20,318 nt of DNA. Source: a bacterium. Its GTDB lineage: Bacteria; UBA6262; WVXT01. The stretch spans positions 1 to 20,318 of the forward strand of contig JBHIBS010000027.1 of the NCBI GenBank assembly GCA_046759165.1. The letters run 5' to 3'. The notes under the pieces are model-generated. The model worked only from the letters and a program-made list of their open reading frames with translations. It was not told where the DNA came from and ran no database searches. This document shows, piece by piece, positions 8,457 to 17,962 of this stretch. The stretch's first letter is position 1; every line of letters begins with the position of its first letter. The translations under genes and the position numbers were made by a program.

Positions 8457-9752
8457 ATGGAAAATTTAAAAGTAGAAATGTTCAAGAAAAGCGAATGTGA
8501 GCTTGTTTTCAAAATCGAGATTCCTCAGGCAGAAGTAGAGCAGGAAATGGAGTCGGCATATAACCGGATTCAAAGGGAGGCTGTTATACCCGGTTTCCGT
8601 AGAGGGAAGGCACCGTCTCCTTTATTGAGGGAGAGATTTAAGTCCCGTTGCCAGGAAGCTGTTTTAGAATCGCTTGTCCCAGGTGCATTATCTCAGGTGG
8701 TAAAAGAGAAGGGAATCGACCCTGTTGTTCCGGCAAAGATTTCTGACCTTAAAGTCGATTTTGATAAAAGGGGCCCGATATCTTTTCAGGCAGCTGTTGA
8801 GGTGATGCCTCATTTTGACCCACGGGATTATAAGAGACTGAGGATAAAAAGAGAGACAAAAGTCGTGGGAGATTCTGAAGTAGGGAAGAGTCTGAAGGAA
8901 CTACAGAAAAGGAATGCCCAGGTTGTGGTCTCCGGAGATAGCGTGGTGGATAGAAAAAGTTATGTAGTAATCGATTATCAAGGGTTCGATAATGGTAAGC
9001 CCTTGGATAGTCTGCGGGGAGAAAATCAGTTGATAAGCATTGAAAACCCCATTTTTCTCCGGGAGTTCTCTGAAGGATTGATTGGCATGGGAAGAAATGA
9101 GGAAAAAAATCTTGAAGTTAGCTTTCCTGATAATTATTATAACAAAAAGCTGGCTGGACGTAAGGCTCTCTTTAAGATAAAGGTTAAAGAGATTAAACAC
9201 ATGCAATTACCGGAAATCGACGATGCTTTTGCTCAGGGATTAGGTGTTAAATCTTTGAGAGAACTGAAGGAGAAATTGAGGAAAAATTTGATTGGGCTGG
9301 AGGAGCATAGAGCAAGAGAGGCGATGAAAGAACAGATTATTGACAGGCTAATTGAGAATAACCCGGTGGCGGTTCCCTATTCTCTGGTCGAAAAACAGCT
9401 CGATTATTTGGTCTCAAAGATGAAGGCTTACCTCCAGAGTCGTGGGCTTACTTCGAAAGATATCGGGGCGGGTGAGGAAGTTCTGCGGAAGAAATATCGT
9501 AACCTCGCGGAAAAAGAGGTCCGAAGCGCTTTAATTCTTACCAGGATAGCTGAGAAAGAGAATATCCAAGTCGATTCCAACGAAATAGAGAAGGAAATAG
9601 AGGAAACAACAAAATCAACCAAAGAGAAAGAAGAAGAGGTAAAGAGATATTTTTATGAAAATATAGACCAAATCACAAGCAGAATGAAAGAGAATAAAGT
9701 ATTTGACTTTTTAATAGAAAATGCTAAAATTGTAAAGGAGAAGATGAAATAA
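8457..9752 (+). CDS. tig: Trigger factor
   Basis: IPGFRRGKAP ribosome-binding signature, FKBP-like middle domain (VSFPDNY..LAGRKALFKIKV) and position before clpP. The start is moved to ATG 8457 because the ORF-track start at 8403 lies inside tRNA-Leu. Confidence 0.95.
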   Translation: MENLKVEMFKKSECELVFKIEIPQAEVEQEMESAYNRIQREAVIPGFRRGKAPSPLLRERFKSRCQEAVLESLVPGALSQVVKEKGIDPVVPAKISDLKVDFDKRGPISFQAAVEVMPHFDPRDYKRLRIKRETKVVGDSEVGKSLKELQKRNAQVVVSGDSVVDRKSYVVIDYQGFDNGKPLDSLRGENQLISIENPIFLREFSEGLIGMGRNEEKNLEVSFPDNYYNKKLAGRKALFKIKVKEIKHMQLPEIDDAFAQGLGVKSLRELKEKLRKNLIGLEEHRAREAMKEQIIDRLIENNPVAVPYSLVEKQLDYLVSKMKAYLQSRGLTSKDIGAGEEVLRKKYRNLAEKEVRSALILTRIAEKENIQVDSNEIEKEIEETTKSTKEKEEEVKRYFYENIDQITSRMKENKVFDFLIENAKIVKEKMK

Positions 9753-9857
9753 GTTGAATTCCATGGTAGCACAGGTCGTGAGAACCTACCAGGAGAGTCT
9801 CCGAAGGTTGGGTTATTTAGAATTACAAATAGAAAACGCATGTTTAGGAGGTAGAAT

Positions 9858-10460
9858 ATGAAGCTAAAAACTTTCGGGCAGTTAATTCCGATGGTGGTCG
9901 AGCAGTCACACAGAGGAGAGAGAGCCTTTGATATTTATTCCCGTCTTTTGAGGGATAGGATTGTCTTTTTGGGTACCCCTCTAACGGATGAAGTTGCCAA
10001 TGTGATTATTGCTCAATTGCTGTTTCTAGAGGCAGAGGACCCGGATAAAGACATTTCCTTATACATTAACTGTCCTGGAGGAGTAGTAACTGCCGGTCTT
10101 GCGGTTTATGATACAATGCAATATATTAAACCGGATATCTCTTCCATATGTATAGGTCAGGCAGCCAGTATGGGAGCACTTCTTCTCTCCGCAGGGTCAG
10201 AGAATAAGCGATATGCCCTGCCCAATTCCCGCATAATGATACATCAACCTCTAGGGGGAGTACAGGGTCAAGCAACTGATATTGGAATTCAAGCTAAGGA
10301 AATTATGCGTATGAAAGCCAAGATGAATGAGATTATGGCGAAACATACGGGTCAACCCCTGGCGAAGATAGAGAAGGACACAGACCGCGATTTCTTTATG
10401 ACGGCCGAAGAGGCAAAAACCTATGGTCTGGTTGATGAAGTAATTGAGCAGAGAAGATGA
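9858..10460 (+). CDS. clpP: ATP-dependent Clp protease proteolytic subunit
   Basis: DIYSRLL, GQAASMG (Ser), RIMIHQP (His) and DRDFFM motifs. AGGAGG RBS upstream. Confidence 0.98.
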   Translation: MKLKTFGQLIPMVVEQSHRGERAFDIYSRLLRDRIVFLGTPLTDEVANVIIAQLLFLEAEDPDKDISLYINCPGGVVTAGLAVYDTMQYIKPDISSICIGQAASMGALLLSAGSENKRYALPNSRIMIHQPLGGVQGQATDIGIQAKEIMRMKAKMNEIMAKHTGQPLAKIEKDTDRDFFMTAEEAKTYGLVDEVIEQRR

Positions 10461-10522
10461 AAGGTGTGCCCGGAATTTGGTTTGCTCGCGGAGAATTTTT
10501 TGGTCTTTGACCACTGCCTGCC

Positions 10523-10551
10523 TAAACAATCGACGTAAAAGAATGTATAAT
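10523..10551 (+). promoter_or_regulatory. Possible sigma70 promoter for lon
   Basis: Perfect TATAAT at 10546-10551, with a weak -35 TAAACA at 17-nt spacing. Confidence 0.45.
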
Positions 10552-10626
10552 TGATACTGAGGTTATAAATAAAGAGAAGAAGCCAGCGTTAGTACAAAAT
10601 AAAATAGTACAGAAAGGAAGGCTGAA

Positions 10627-13086
10627 TTGATTACACCAGAAAGGCCTAAAAAATCGATTGTGATACCCAATGTCTTACCCCTTCTGCCAGTAAGAGACGT
10701 GGTAATATTCCCTTATATGGTTCTTCCATTAGCGGTAGGACGGTCTAAGTCGATCAGAGCTTTAGAAGAAGGGATGGCACGAGACCACTTAATTTTCCTT
10801 GTGACTCAGAAAAAGATTCAAACCGAAGACCCGGGGAGGGATGACCTCTATTCGGTAGGGGCAGTGGCAGAAATTCTCCAGCTTTTAAAGATGCCTGACG
10901 GTACGGTTAAGATCCTCGTCGAGGGTTTAGAAAGGGGGAAAATTGTAGACTTTATTCCTCAACAGGGATTTGTTCAGGTGAGGATTGAGAGGCCTTTAGA
11001 AGCATATGTTCCGAACCAGGAACTTGAGGCTTTGATGCGCAATGTGGTAGCCCTGTTTGAACGATATGTGAAGTTGAATCGTCGTATTCCCATAGAGACT
11101 ATAATGTCAGTTTCAAACATTGAAGATCCCAGCCGTTTAGCTGATGTTATTGCATCTCATATCTCGATCAAAATATCTCAGGAACAGCTTATTCTGGAAG
11201 CATTGGATCCCAAGAAGAGGCTTATAGAGTTGTCCAAAATTTTGACCGCTGAGAATGATATTCTCTCTATCGAGAAGAAGATTCAGGTTCGGGTGCGTGA
11301 CCAGATTGAAAGCACACAGAAAGAATACTATCTGCATGAGCAGATGAAGGCAATTAAGAAAGAATTGAAAGAGAAAGATGAATACGGAAGGGAAGTAGAT
11401 GAACTGAGAGAGAAAATCAAAAAATCTAAGGCACCTCCTGAGGTAGTAAAGCAGGCAGAGAAAGAGATTTCTCGTCTGGAGAAAATGATGCCTTTCTCTC
11501 CAGAGGCCACGGTAATTAGGACTTACCTGGACTGGATAATCAAGGTGCCTTGGGGCATCAGGACCAAAGACCATCTGGATATTGGAAGAGCTGAGAGGAT
11601 TTTGAACGAAGACCACTATGGGCTGGATCAGGCCAAGCAGAGAATAGTAGAATATTTGGCAGTATGCAAGTTAACAAAAAAGTTAAAGGGCCCGATTATC
11701 TGTTTTGTTGGTCCACCGGGCACAGGCAAGACATCTCTGGGGCGTTCGATTGCTCGTGCATTGGGTCGCAAGTTCATTCGTATGTCGCTGGGAGGAATAC
11801 GCGACGAGGCTGAGATTCGTGGCCACCGAAGGACATATATTGGTGCTATGCCCGGAAGGATAATTCAGTCGCTGGGCAAAATAAAATCGAGAAACCCTGT
11901 ATTTCTACTCGATGAAGTGGATAAGATGGGTCAGGATTTCAGGGGCGATCCAGCTGCGGCTCTTTTAGAAGTTCTGGATCCCGAACAGAACAACACTTTT
12001 TCCGATCACTATTTAGAGGTGGAATTCGATTTATCCGATGTGATGTTTATTACAACTGCCAACACTCTCTACACGGTTCCGGCATCTTTAGCTGACCGAA
12101 TGGAGGTTATTAAGTTCCCTGGCTACACGAAAGACGAGAAGATTAAGATTGCCCAACAATTCCTCGTGCCCAAACAGATCAAGGAAAATGGGTTAAGTTC
12201 GGACAAATTAATTATATCGGAGGGGGCCTTAAATTTGATAATCCGCGATTATACCCTTGAGGCGGGAGTAAGAAACTTGGAGAGGGAGATAGCAAATGTC
12301 TGCCGGAAGGTGGCGAAAGAGTTGGCATCGGCGAAGGGTAGAAAAGTTGTAACAATTACTGCGAGAAACCTTCACCATTATTTGGGCGTCCCCAAGTACC
12401 ACAGGGACAAGCCGGGCCAGAACGAAGTGGGCGTAGCCACTGGACTTGCCTGGACAGAATTGGGTGGAGATACTATTTCTATCGAAGTTTCAATTATGAG
12501 GGGTAAAGGTAGTCTCACCCTTACAGGGAAACTGGGGGAAGTGATGAGGGAATCTGCTCAGGCAGCACTTTCTTATGTGCGGTCCGGTGCTGATAAGTTA
12601 GGTTTACCCCAGGATTTTTACAAGAATAGCGAGATTCACATTCATGTCCCAGAGGGGGCGATTCCCAAAGATGGTCCATCGGCGGGGATTACTATGGCAG
12701 TTGCTTTAGCTTCAGCATTAACCAACAGGCCAGTTAAGAAGGATGTGGCTATGACTGGAGAGATAACTCTAAGGGGGCGGATTTTATCCATAGGTGGATT
12801 TAAAGAGAAAGTGCTGGCAGCTCATAGGTCGGGAATAAAAACAGTTATATTTCCACAGGAAAATGAGAAGAACCTGGAAGAGATTCCAGAAGAGATCAAG
12901 AATAAGTTGAAATTCGTACCAGTTAAGAACATAGATGAAGTATTGAGAATATCTCTAGTTCCCGGGGAAAAGAGAAAAGCAAGGATAACCAGACGAAAGA
13001 GATTAAGCCGTTTACCATTAGCCCAAAGGTTACCCGGACTACAAGCCAAAGGAAAAACAAAACAGGAAAACAAAAGAGAGAACTAA
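10627..13086 (+). CDS. lon: Endopeptidase La (LonA)
   Basis: [14 protein letters not shown]-domain, Walker [30 protein letters not shown], catalytic PKDGPSAG and IGGFKEK. TTG start with an AAAGGA RBS. Confidence 0.98.
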   Translation: MITPERPKKSIVIPNVLPLLPVRDVVIFPYMVLPLAVGRSKSIRALEEGMARDHLIFLVTQKKIQTEDPGRDDLYSVGAVAEILQLLKMPDGTVKILVEGLERGKIVDFIPQQGFVQVRIERPLEAYVPNQELEALMRNVVALFERYVKLNRRIPIETIMSVSNIEDPSRLADVIASHISIKISQEQLILEALDPKKRLIELSKILTAENDILSIEKKIQVRVRDQIESTQKEYYLHEQMKAIKKELKEKDEYGREVDELREKIKKSKAPPEVVKQAEKEISRLEKMMPFSPEATVIRTYLDWIIKVPWGIRTKDHLDIGRAERILNEDHYGLDQAKQRIVEYLAVCKLTKKLKGPIICFVGPPGTGKTSLGRSIARALGRKFIRMSLGGIRDEAEIRGHRRTYIGAMPGRIIQSLGKIKSRNPVFLLDEVDKMGQDFRGDPAAALLEVLDPEQNNTFSDHYLEVEFDLSDVMFITTANTLYTVPASLADRMEVIKFPGYTKDEKIKIAQQFLVPKQIKENGLSSDKLIISEGALNLIIRDYTLEAGVRNLEREIANVCRKVAKELASAKGRKVVTITARNLHHYLGVPKYHRDKPGQNEVGVATGLAWTELGGDTISIEVSIMRGKGSLTLTGKLGEVMRESAQAALSYVRSGADKLGLPQDFYKNSEIHIHVPEGAIPKDGPSAGITMAVALASALTNRPVKKDVAMTGEITLRGRILSIGGFKEKVLAAHRSGIKTVIFPQENEKNLEEIPEEIKNKLKFVPVKNIDEVLRISLVPGEKRKARITRRKRLSRLPLAQRLPGLQAKGKTKQENKREN

Positions 13087-13174
13087 GAATCGAGAACTAA
13101 GGTGGAAAGTATTTATTTTTTCGTGATCTTAGTTTAAGTTTTTAGTTCTTAATTTTTATCCAGGGAGCAGAAAA

Positions 13175-14311
13175 ATGAAAAAATATCTTTTAACGCCAGG
13201 TCCCACTCCTGTTCCGGAAAGGGTGCTTTTAGCCTTAGCTCAGCCAATTATTCATCACAGAACTCCGGAGTGCGGTCAAGTTCTTTCTGAAGATATAGAA
13301 GGTCTGAAATACGTATTTCAAACGAAAAACGACCTTTTGATTTTTACAGCTTCAGGAACTGGCGCGATGGAGGCCTGCGTGGTTAACCTCCTCTCTCCGC
13401 AAGACAAAGTTTTAATTGTTAATACTGGTGCGTTTGGCAGAAGATGGGTAAATATTATTAAGTCATTTGGAATTGAGCCAGAAGTTATTGAATATCCCTG
13501 GGGTAGAGTAGCCAGGTCCAAGGATGTGGAGAAGAAACTAAAGGATATACCAGGAATTAAAGCTGTATTTACACAAAATACAGAAACCTCAACGGGTGTG
13601 GTCAACAATATTGAGACAATTGGCAGGATAGTGGCAGGAACGGAGGCTGTCTTGGTAGTCGATGCGATAAGTGGGCTAGGGGGACAGGAGATGAAGACCG
13701 ACGAGTGGAATGTAGATGTGGTAGCGAGTGGTTCTCAGAAAGGGCTGATGCTCCCCCCAGGATTGGCTTTTGTCAGTATTAGCCAGAAGGCTTGGAAACT
13801 TGTAGGAAATTCTAAGTTGCCAAAGTTTTACTGGGACTTTAAGGCATACAAGAAGTTTCTCGAGGAGAAAAAACAGACACCCTACACTTCGGCAGTGGGC
13901 TTGTTGCTGGGATTGCAGGAATCTTTGAGAATGATAAAAGAAGAAGGGCTGGACCAAATCTTACGGCGCCATGCGATCTTGGCTTCTGCTACAAGAGCAG
14001 GAGTGGAGGCAATGGGTTTAGAGCTCTTCGCAGAGGCTCCTTGCAATGTGGTTACAGCAGTTAAGGTGCCGGAAGGAATCGATGGAGTGCGGCTGGTTAA
14101 AATGATGCGTGATGAGTATGGAGTTGGAATTGCTGGCGGTCAAAGAGAATATAGAGGCAAGATTTTCCGCATTGCACATCTGGGCTACATGGATAGATTT
14201 GATGTAATAATCGGGCTTTCGGCTCTGGAAGTAGCATTGAGTAAACTAGGATATAATATCGAAGCAGGAAAAGGGATAGCTGCGGCAGAGAAGGAATTCC
14301 TGAAAATATAG
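13175..14311 (+). CDS. Class-V PLP aminotransferase (alanine-glyoxylate/serine-pyruvate family), probably serving as phosphoserine aminotransferase
   Basis: LLTPGPTPVP, SGTGAME, ETSTGV, VDAIS, SQKGLMLPPG (PLP lysine) and FRIAHLG. The SerC role is inferred from adjacency to serA. Confidence 0.88.
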   Translation: MKKYLLTPGPTPVPERVLLALAQPIIHHRTPECGQVLSEDIEGLKYVFQTKNDLLIFTASGTGAMEACVVNLLSPQDKVLIVNTGAFGRRWVNIIKSFGIEPEVIEYPWGRVARSKDVEKKLKDIPGIKAVFTQNTETSTGVVNNIETIGRIVAGTEAVLVVDAISGLGGQEMKTDEWNVDVVASGSQKGLMLPPGLAFVSISQKAWKLVGNSKLPKFYWDFKAYKKFLEEKKQTPYTSAVGLLLGLQESLRMIKEEGLDQILRRHAILASATRAGVEAMGLELFAEAPCNVVTAVKVPEGIDGVRLVKMMRDEYGVGIAGGQREYRGKIFRIAHLGYMDRFDVIIGLSALEVALSKLGYNIEAGKGIAAAEKEFLKI

Positions 14312-14321
14312 TTAAGGCTCT

Positions 14322-14345
14322 GTAGGATTCGATTTGTCGAACCCG
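14322..14345 (+). repeat. GTAG-type REP-like palindrome
   Basis: GTAG followed by an imperfect palindrome, GGATTCGA-TTTG-TCGAACCC. A related copy lies on the minus strand at 17887-17910. Confidence 0.5.
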
Positions 14346-14424
14346 TAATTGGATCTAGCTCGAGAGCGAAGTTCTGCTTTATAAATGAACTGATTCACTT
14401 AGATAATAACCCTGTGCGGAAGGG

Positions 14425-14485
14425 GTCGCTGGAGCGACGAATAAGGAGCTCCGTGTTAGCGACGGGCGCGAGACGGTGAGCGCCC
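14425..14485. repeat. Double-hairpin element A, full copy
   Basis: GTCGCT-GGAGC-GACGAATAAGGA-GCTCC-GTGTT-AGCGAC-GGGCGC-GAGACGGTGA-GCGCCC. 48/61 identical to 20168-20228, with all stem changes compensatory. Confidence 0.85.
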
Positions 14486-14538
14486 CGGGTTGAGGTTTCC
14501 CCTATTGAGCACAGGCTGATTCACATAAGGAGGTTTTC

Positions 14539-16119
14539 GTGAAGGTATTAGTTAGCGATAATTTAGCGGAAGAAGGTATAGAGTTATTGAGGGGAAATCC
14601 CAATATTACAGTTGATGTAAAGCCTAAAATGGAATCGCAAGAGTTGATAAAGCACATCAGCGAATACGATGCTCTTCTTGTGCGAAGTGCAACTAAGGTG
14701 ACGGGAGAGGTAATCGACGCAGCAAAGAATTTGAAAGTCATTGGACGAGCGGGAGTGGGAGTGGATAATATCGATGTTGAGGCAGCAAGTAGGAGGGGTA
14801 TCCTGGTAATGAATACGCCCGGCGGAAATACCATTTCTGCAGCAGAACATACAATGAGTATGCTCTTAGCATTATCCCGCTGTATTCCCCAGGCTAACGT
14901 ATCCCTGAAGAGTAGGCAGTGGGAAAAGAAAAAATTCCTAGGAACCGAAATTTTCAAAAAGACCCTGGGCATAGTCGGAGTGGGTAGAATCGGAGCTGAA
15001 GTTGCAAAAAGGGCGCAGTCTTTCGGAATGGAGATAATAGCTTACGATCCCTATATTTCTAAGGCCCATGCGCGAGAGATTGGCGTTAAATTGGTTAGTT
15101 TTCCGGAACTTATTAAACAGGCAGACTATATAACAATTCATGTTCCATTAACTTCTGAAACTAAACACATATTTAATAGAGAAACCATCAATCAGATGAA
15201 GGAAGGAGTGAAGATTATAAATTGTGCTCGTGGTGGAATCATAGATGAAGCTGCCTTAGCAGAAGGAGTGAAGTCAGGTAAGATTGGTGGGGCAGCTCTC
15301 GATGTTTTTGAGAATGAACCACCTTTTGATAGTCCCATTTTGGGTTTGGAGAATATAATTGTTACACCACATTTGGGAGCTTCAACCGAAGAGGCTCAGA
15401 TTAACGTGGCAAGAGATATTGCACTGCAAGTTTTAGATTTTCTTAACAAAGGCATTGTTCGCAATGCAGTTAACATGCCAGAATTAGACCCTGAGAAAAT
15501 GAAGACCTTGGGTCCCTATATCGGTCTTTGTGAGAAATTAGGGAGGTTACAGGCCCAGATAGGCGAGGGAGGGTTTACTCAGATTGTCGTCCAATACTCA
15601 GGAGAGATTCTCCATCACGAGATTAAGCCTTTAACCATTGCACTGCTTAAGGGGCTTCTGGAGCCAATTTTGGAAAGGGAAGTCAATTTTGTCAACGCTC
15701 CTTTAATTGTCCAGGAGAGGGGGATTAAAGTTATCGAGTCTAAAGTGAGCAAGGTGGAAGATTTTGCCAACTTAATAGTGGTCCAGGCAATGACAGAAAA
15801 AGGTGAGAATACGGTTACCGGGACTCTTCTGGGGAAGAAAGAGCCTCGTCTGGTAAGAATTGGCGAGTTCGATTTGGACGTTATTCCTGAAGGATATATG
15901 CTACTCTGTTCAAATTTGGACAAGCCGGGAGTAATTGGTAAAATAGGAACAATTTTGGGAAATAGAAAGATTAATATAGCCGGGATGCAGGTAGGGAGAA
16001 AAACAGTTGGTGGAAAAGCGCTAACCATCATTAATGTAGATTGTAATATTTCAAAAGAGGTTTTAAAAGAGATAGAAGGTATAGCCGAAATCCTCGAAGT
16101 AAAAATGGTAAACCTTTAA
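14539..16119 (+). CDS. serA: D-3-phosphoglycerate dehydrogenase (long form with ASB and ACT domains)
   Basis: RAGVGVDNID, GVGRIG, NCARGGII, DVFENEPP and TPHLGASTEEAQ motifs. C-terminal ACT domain (DKPGVIGKIGTILG..INIAGM). GTG start with a TAAGGAGGT RBS. Confidence 0.97.
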   Translation: MKVLVSDNLAEEGIELLRGNPNITVDVKPKMESQELIKHISEYDALLVRSATKVTGEVIDAAKNLKVIGRAGVGVDNIDVEAASRRGILVMNTPGGNTISAAEHTMSMLLALSRCIPQANVSLKSRQWEKKKFLGTEIFKKTLGIVGVGRIGAEVAKRAQSFGMEIIAYDPYISKAHAREIGVKLVSFPELIKQADYITIHVPLTSETKHIFNRETINQMKEGVKIINCARGGIIDEAALAEGVKSGKIGGAALDVFENEPPFDSPILGLENIIVTPHLGASTEEAQINVARDIALQVLDFLNKGIVRNAVNMPELDPEKMKTLGPYIGLCEKLGRLQAQIGEGGFTQIVVQYSGEILHHEIKPLTIALLKGLLEPILEREVNFVNAPLIVQERGIKVIESKVSKVEDFANLIVVQAMTEKGENTVTGTLLGKKEPRLVRIGEFDLDVIPEGYMLLCSNLDKPGVIGKIGTILGNRKINIAGMQVGRKTVGGKALTIINVDCNISKEVLKEIEGIAEILEVKMVNL

Positions 16120-16153
16120 CTTACAGTCCCGATTTTCAGTTGGGGCGCAAGGG

Positions 16154-16204
16154 GGGAGAACCACGTTCTCCCACTTGGGAGGTTTCTGCGGAGCAGAAAC
16201 CGAC
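16154..16204 (+). repeat. tRNA-abutting two-hairpin element B, copy 2
   Basis: GGGAGAAC/GTTCTCCC hairpin, ACTTGGGA linker, GGTTTCTGC-GGA-GCAGAAACC hairpin, then GAC and the tRNA. Confidence 0.7.
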
Positions 16205-16278
16205 GAGCCGGTAGCTCAGCTAGGTAGAGCAGCGGCCTTTTAAGCCGTTGGTCGCGCGTTCGATTCGCGCCCGGCTCA
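16205..16278 (+). tRNA. tRNA-Lys(UUU), CCA not encoded
   Basis: GAGCCGG/CCGGCTC acceptor stem, GCGGC-CT-TTT-AA-GCCGT anticodon arm, GCGCG-TTCGATT-CGCGC T-arm. Confidence 0.94.
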
Positions 16279-16367
16279 TTAAAAAAGACAGACAAAAACC
16301 CGAATCTGCTTACAAATGAATGAGGAATTATTAAAATCGTATTGTCAGGCGTATAAGATAAGAGAAG

Positions 16368-17903
16368 ATGAGCGGTGAAGATCAGAAGATTAAAACTTAC
16401 AGGATTACATTTATTTCTATATTATCAGTAATTACTATCCTTCGTCTAATCTATGCTCGGCTCCTGCCTCTCTCCGCTGATGAAGCTTATTTCTGGCAAT
16501 GGTCTCGCCATCTTGCTCTATCTTATTATGAACATCCTCCTATGACAGCGATTTTCGTAGCTCTTTTTACTTTGTTTAAAGACACATTACTTACAGTAAG
16601 ATTGGCTCCTATAGTTTTGGTTTTGGGGACAACGATTCTTGTTTATCTTCTGGCTAAGGAGATGTTTCAGGATGAGAGGGTAGCTTTCTGGTCAGCTCTT
16701 CTTGTAAATATTGCTCCAATCTTTGCTGTGGGAGCGGTTATTACAACTACAGATTCTCCTCTTGGATTCTTCTGGATGCTCACTCTTTATTTTGTTTACA
16801 AAGCTACAAATTCCCAGAAGCAATACTGGTGGTGGCTTTCTGGATTAGCTTTGGGTTTTTCATTTCTTACAAAATTCATCTCTATTTTCATTCCCCTTTC
16901 AGTATTTTTATTTTTATTATTCTCTAAAGAAAAGAGAAAATGGCTAATGCGTAAAGAACCATATTTAGCATTTCTCCTGTCGCTTCTGGTCTTCAGTCCT
17001 GTTATTATCTGGAATGCTTCAAGAGGCTGGGTAACATTTAAGTATAATTTAGGAATGAGATATCTTTCTGGCGATGTTTCACTCAAATTTAAATATTTTC
17101 TTGAATACTTTGGAGGTCAAGCTCTTATTATCTCACCATTTCTATTTATAGGTTGCATGGCAGGGATAATCCATAGCGCATATAGAGGATTTAAGGATAA
17201 TGATAACAAGTCTCTTTTTTTATTCTTTACTTCAATAGTAGTTATCTTAATATTTGGGATATATAGCTGGTTTGATCGTGTAGCTCCGCACTGGGTGGCT
17301 TGCGGTTATCTTACAGCCTTTATAGCTGCTGCGGTATTATTTTTTAGGTGGAAAAAAAAATTGTATCGAAGCCTCGGGATTGTAACTATCTCTTTTGGAA
17401 TTTTTATGACGGTTTTTATACATGCTGTACCTGTTTATCCAAAAATTCTCACATCAATTGTAAAGAGTAAAGGAGGCGGTCCGAAAAGATTAGAAGTATT
17501 TCTTTCTGGCTGGATGAAGGATTTAGCTAAAAAGTTAAGTATGTTGAAGAAAGAGATGCCCGAAGATACATTCATATTATGTAGAGGTTATGCTTTAGCA
17601 AGTTATATGGCTTTTTATACTGATGGTCAATATGAGACCTATTCAATAGGTCAGAGCACCACACATGGGCATTCTTATCAATACTGGTCAGATTTCGATT
17701 CTCTTATTGGAAAGGATGCTATTTTTGTTAAAGGAGGAGAGAAAGAGAGCGGCTACATTAAAAAGTTGAGGCTTGCTTTTGATAAGATTAGGAAAGAACC
17801 TGTTTTTAAAGTTACAACGGACGGTGAAGTTATAAAGAGATTTTCTATCTGGCGTTGCTATAATTTTAAAGGGTTTAAGCAGAATGCGAGTTCAATAAAT
17901 TGA
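16368..17903 (+). CDS. ArnT/PMT_2-family (GT-C) membrane glycosyltransferase
   Basis: DEAYFWQWS, YYEHPPM, TTDSPL and LTKF motifs, about 11-13 TM segments and a C-terminal periplasmic domain. Confidence 0.88.
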   Translation: MSGEDQKIKTYRITFISILSVITILRLIYARLLPLSADEAYFWQWSRHLALSYYEHPPMTAIFVALFTLFKDTLLTVRLAPIVLVLGTTILVYLLAKEMFQDERVAFWSALLVNIAPIFAVGAVITTTDSPLGFFWMLTLYFVYKATNSQKQYWWWLSGLALGFSFLTKFISIFIPLSVFLFLLFSKEKRKWLMRKEPYLAFLLSLLVFSPVIIWNASRGWVTFKYNLGMRYLSGDVSLKFKYFLEYFGGQALIISPFLFIGCMAGIIHSAYRGFKDNDNKSLFLFFTSIVVILIFGIYSWFDRVAPHWVACGYLTAFIAAAVLFFRWKKKLYRSLGIVTISFGIFMTVFIHAVPVYPKILTSIVKSKGGGPKRLEVFLSGWMKDLAKKLSMLKKEMPEDTFILCRGYALASYMAFYTDGQYETYSIGQSTTHGHSYQYWSDFDSLIGKDAIFVKGGEKESGYIKKLRLAFDKIRKEPVFKVTTDGEVIKRFSIWRCYNFKGFKQNASSIN

Positions 17904-17962
17904 ACCCATAAAGTACCTCGATAAGCAAGATTATTAACTATTTCTGATCAAAAAGTTTATAT

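Noticed and set aside
9760-9815. Weak hairpins between tig and clpP (GGTAG..CTACC)
   Set aside because: The stems are short, there is a single copy, and I found no convincing similarity to elements A or B.
14312-14538. T-box or amino-acid riboswitch upstream of serA
   Set aside because: There is no T-box consensus or terminator/antiterminator. The structured part recurs at unrelated loci, which argues for a repeat rather than a serine-specific regulator.
16154-16204. Element B as a hammerhead or HDV-like (theta) ribozyme
   Set aside because: There is no CUGANGA core. I could not build an HDV double pseudoknot, and theta ribozymes lie 3' of tRNAs, not 5'.
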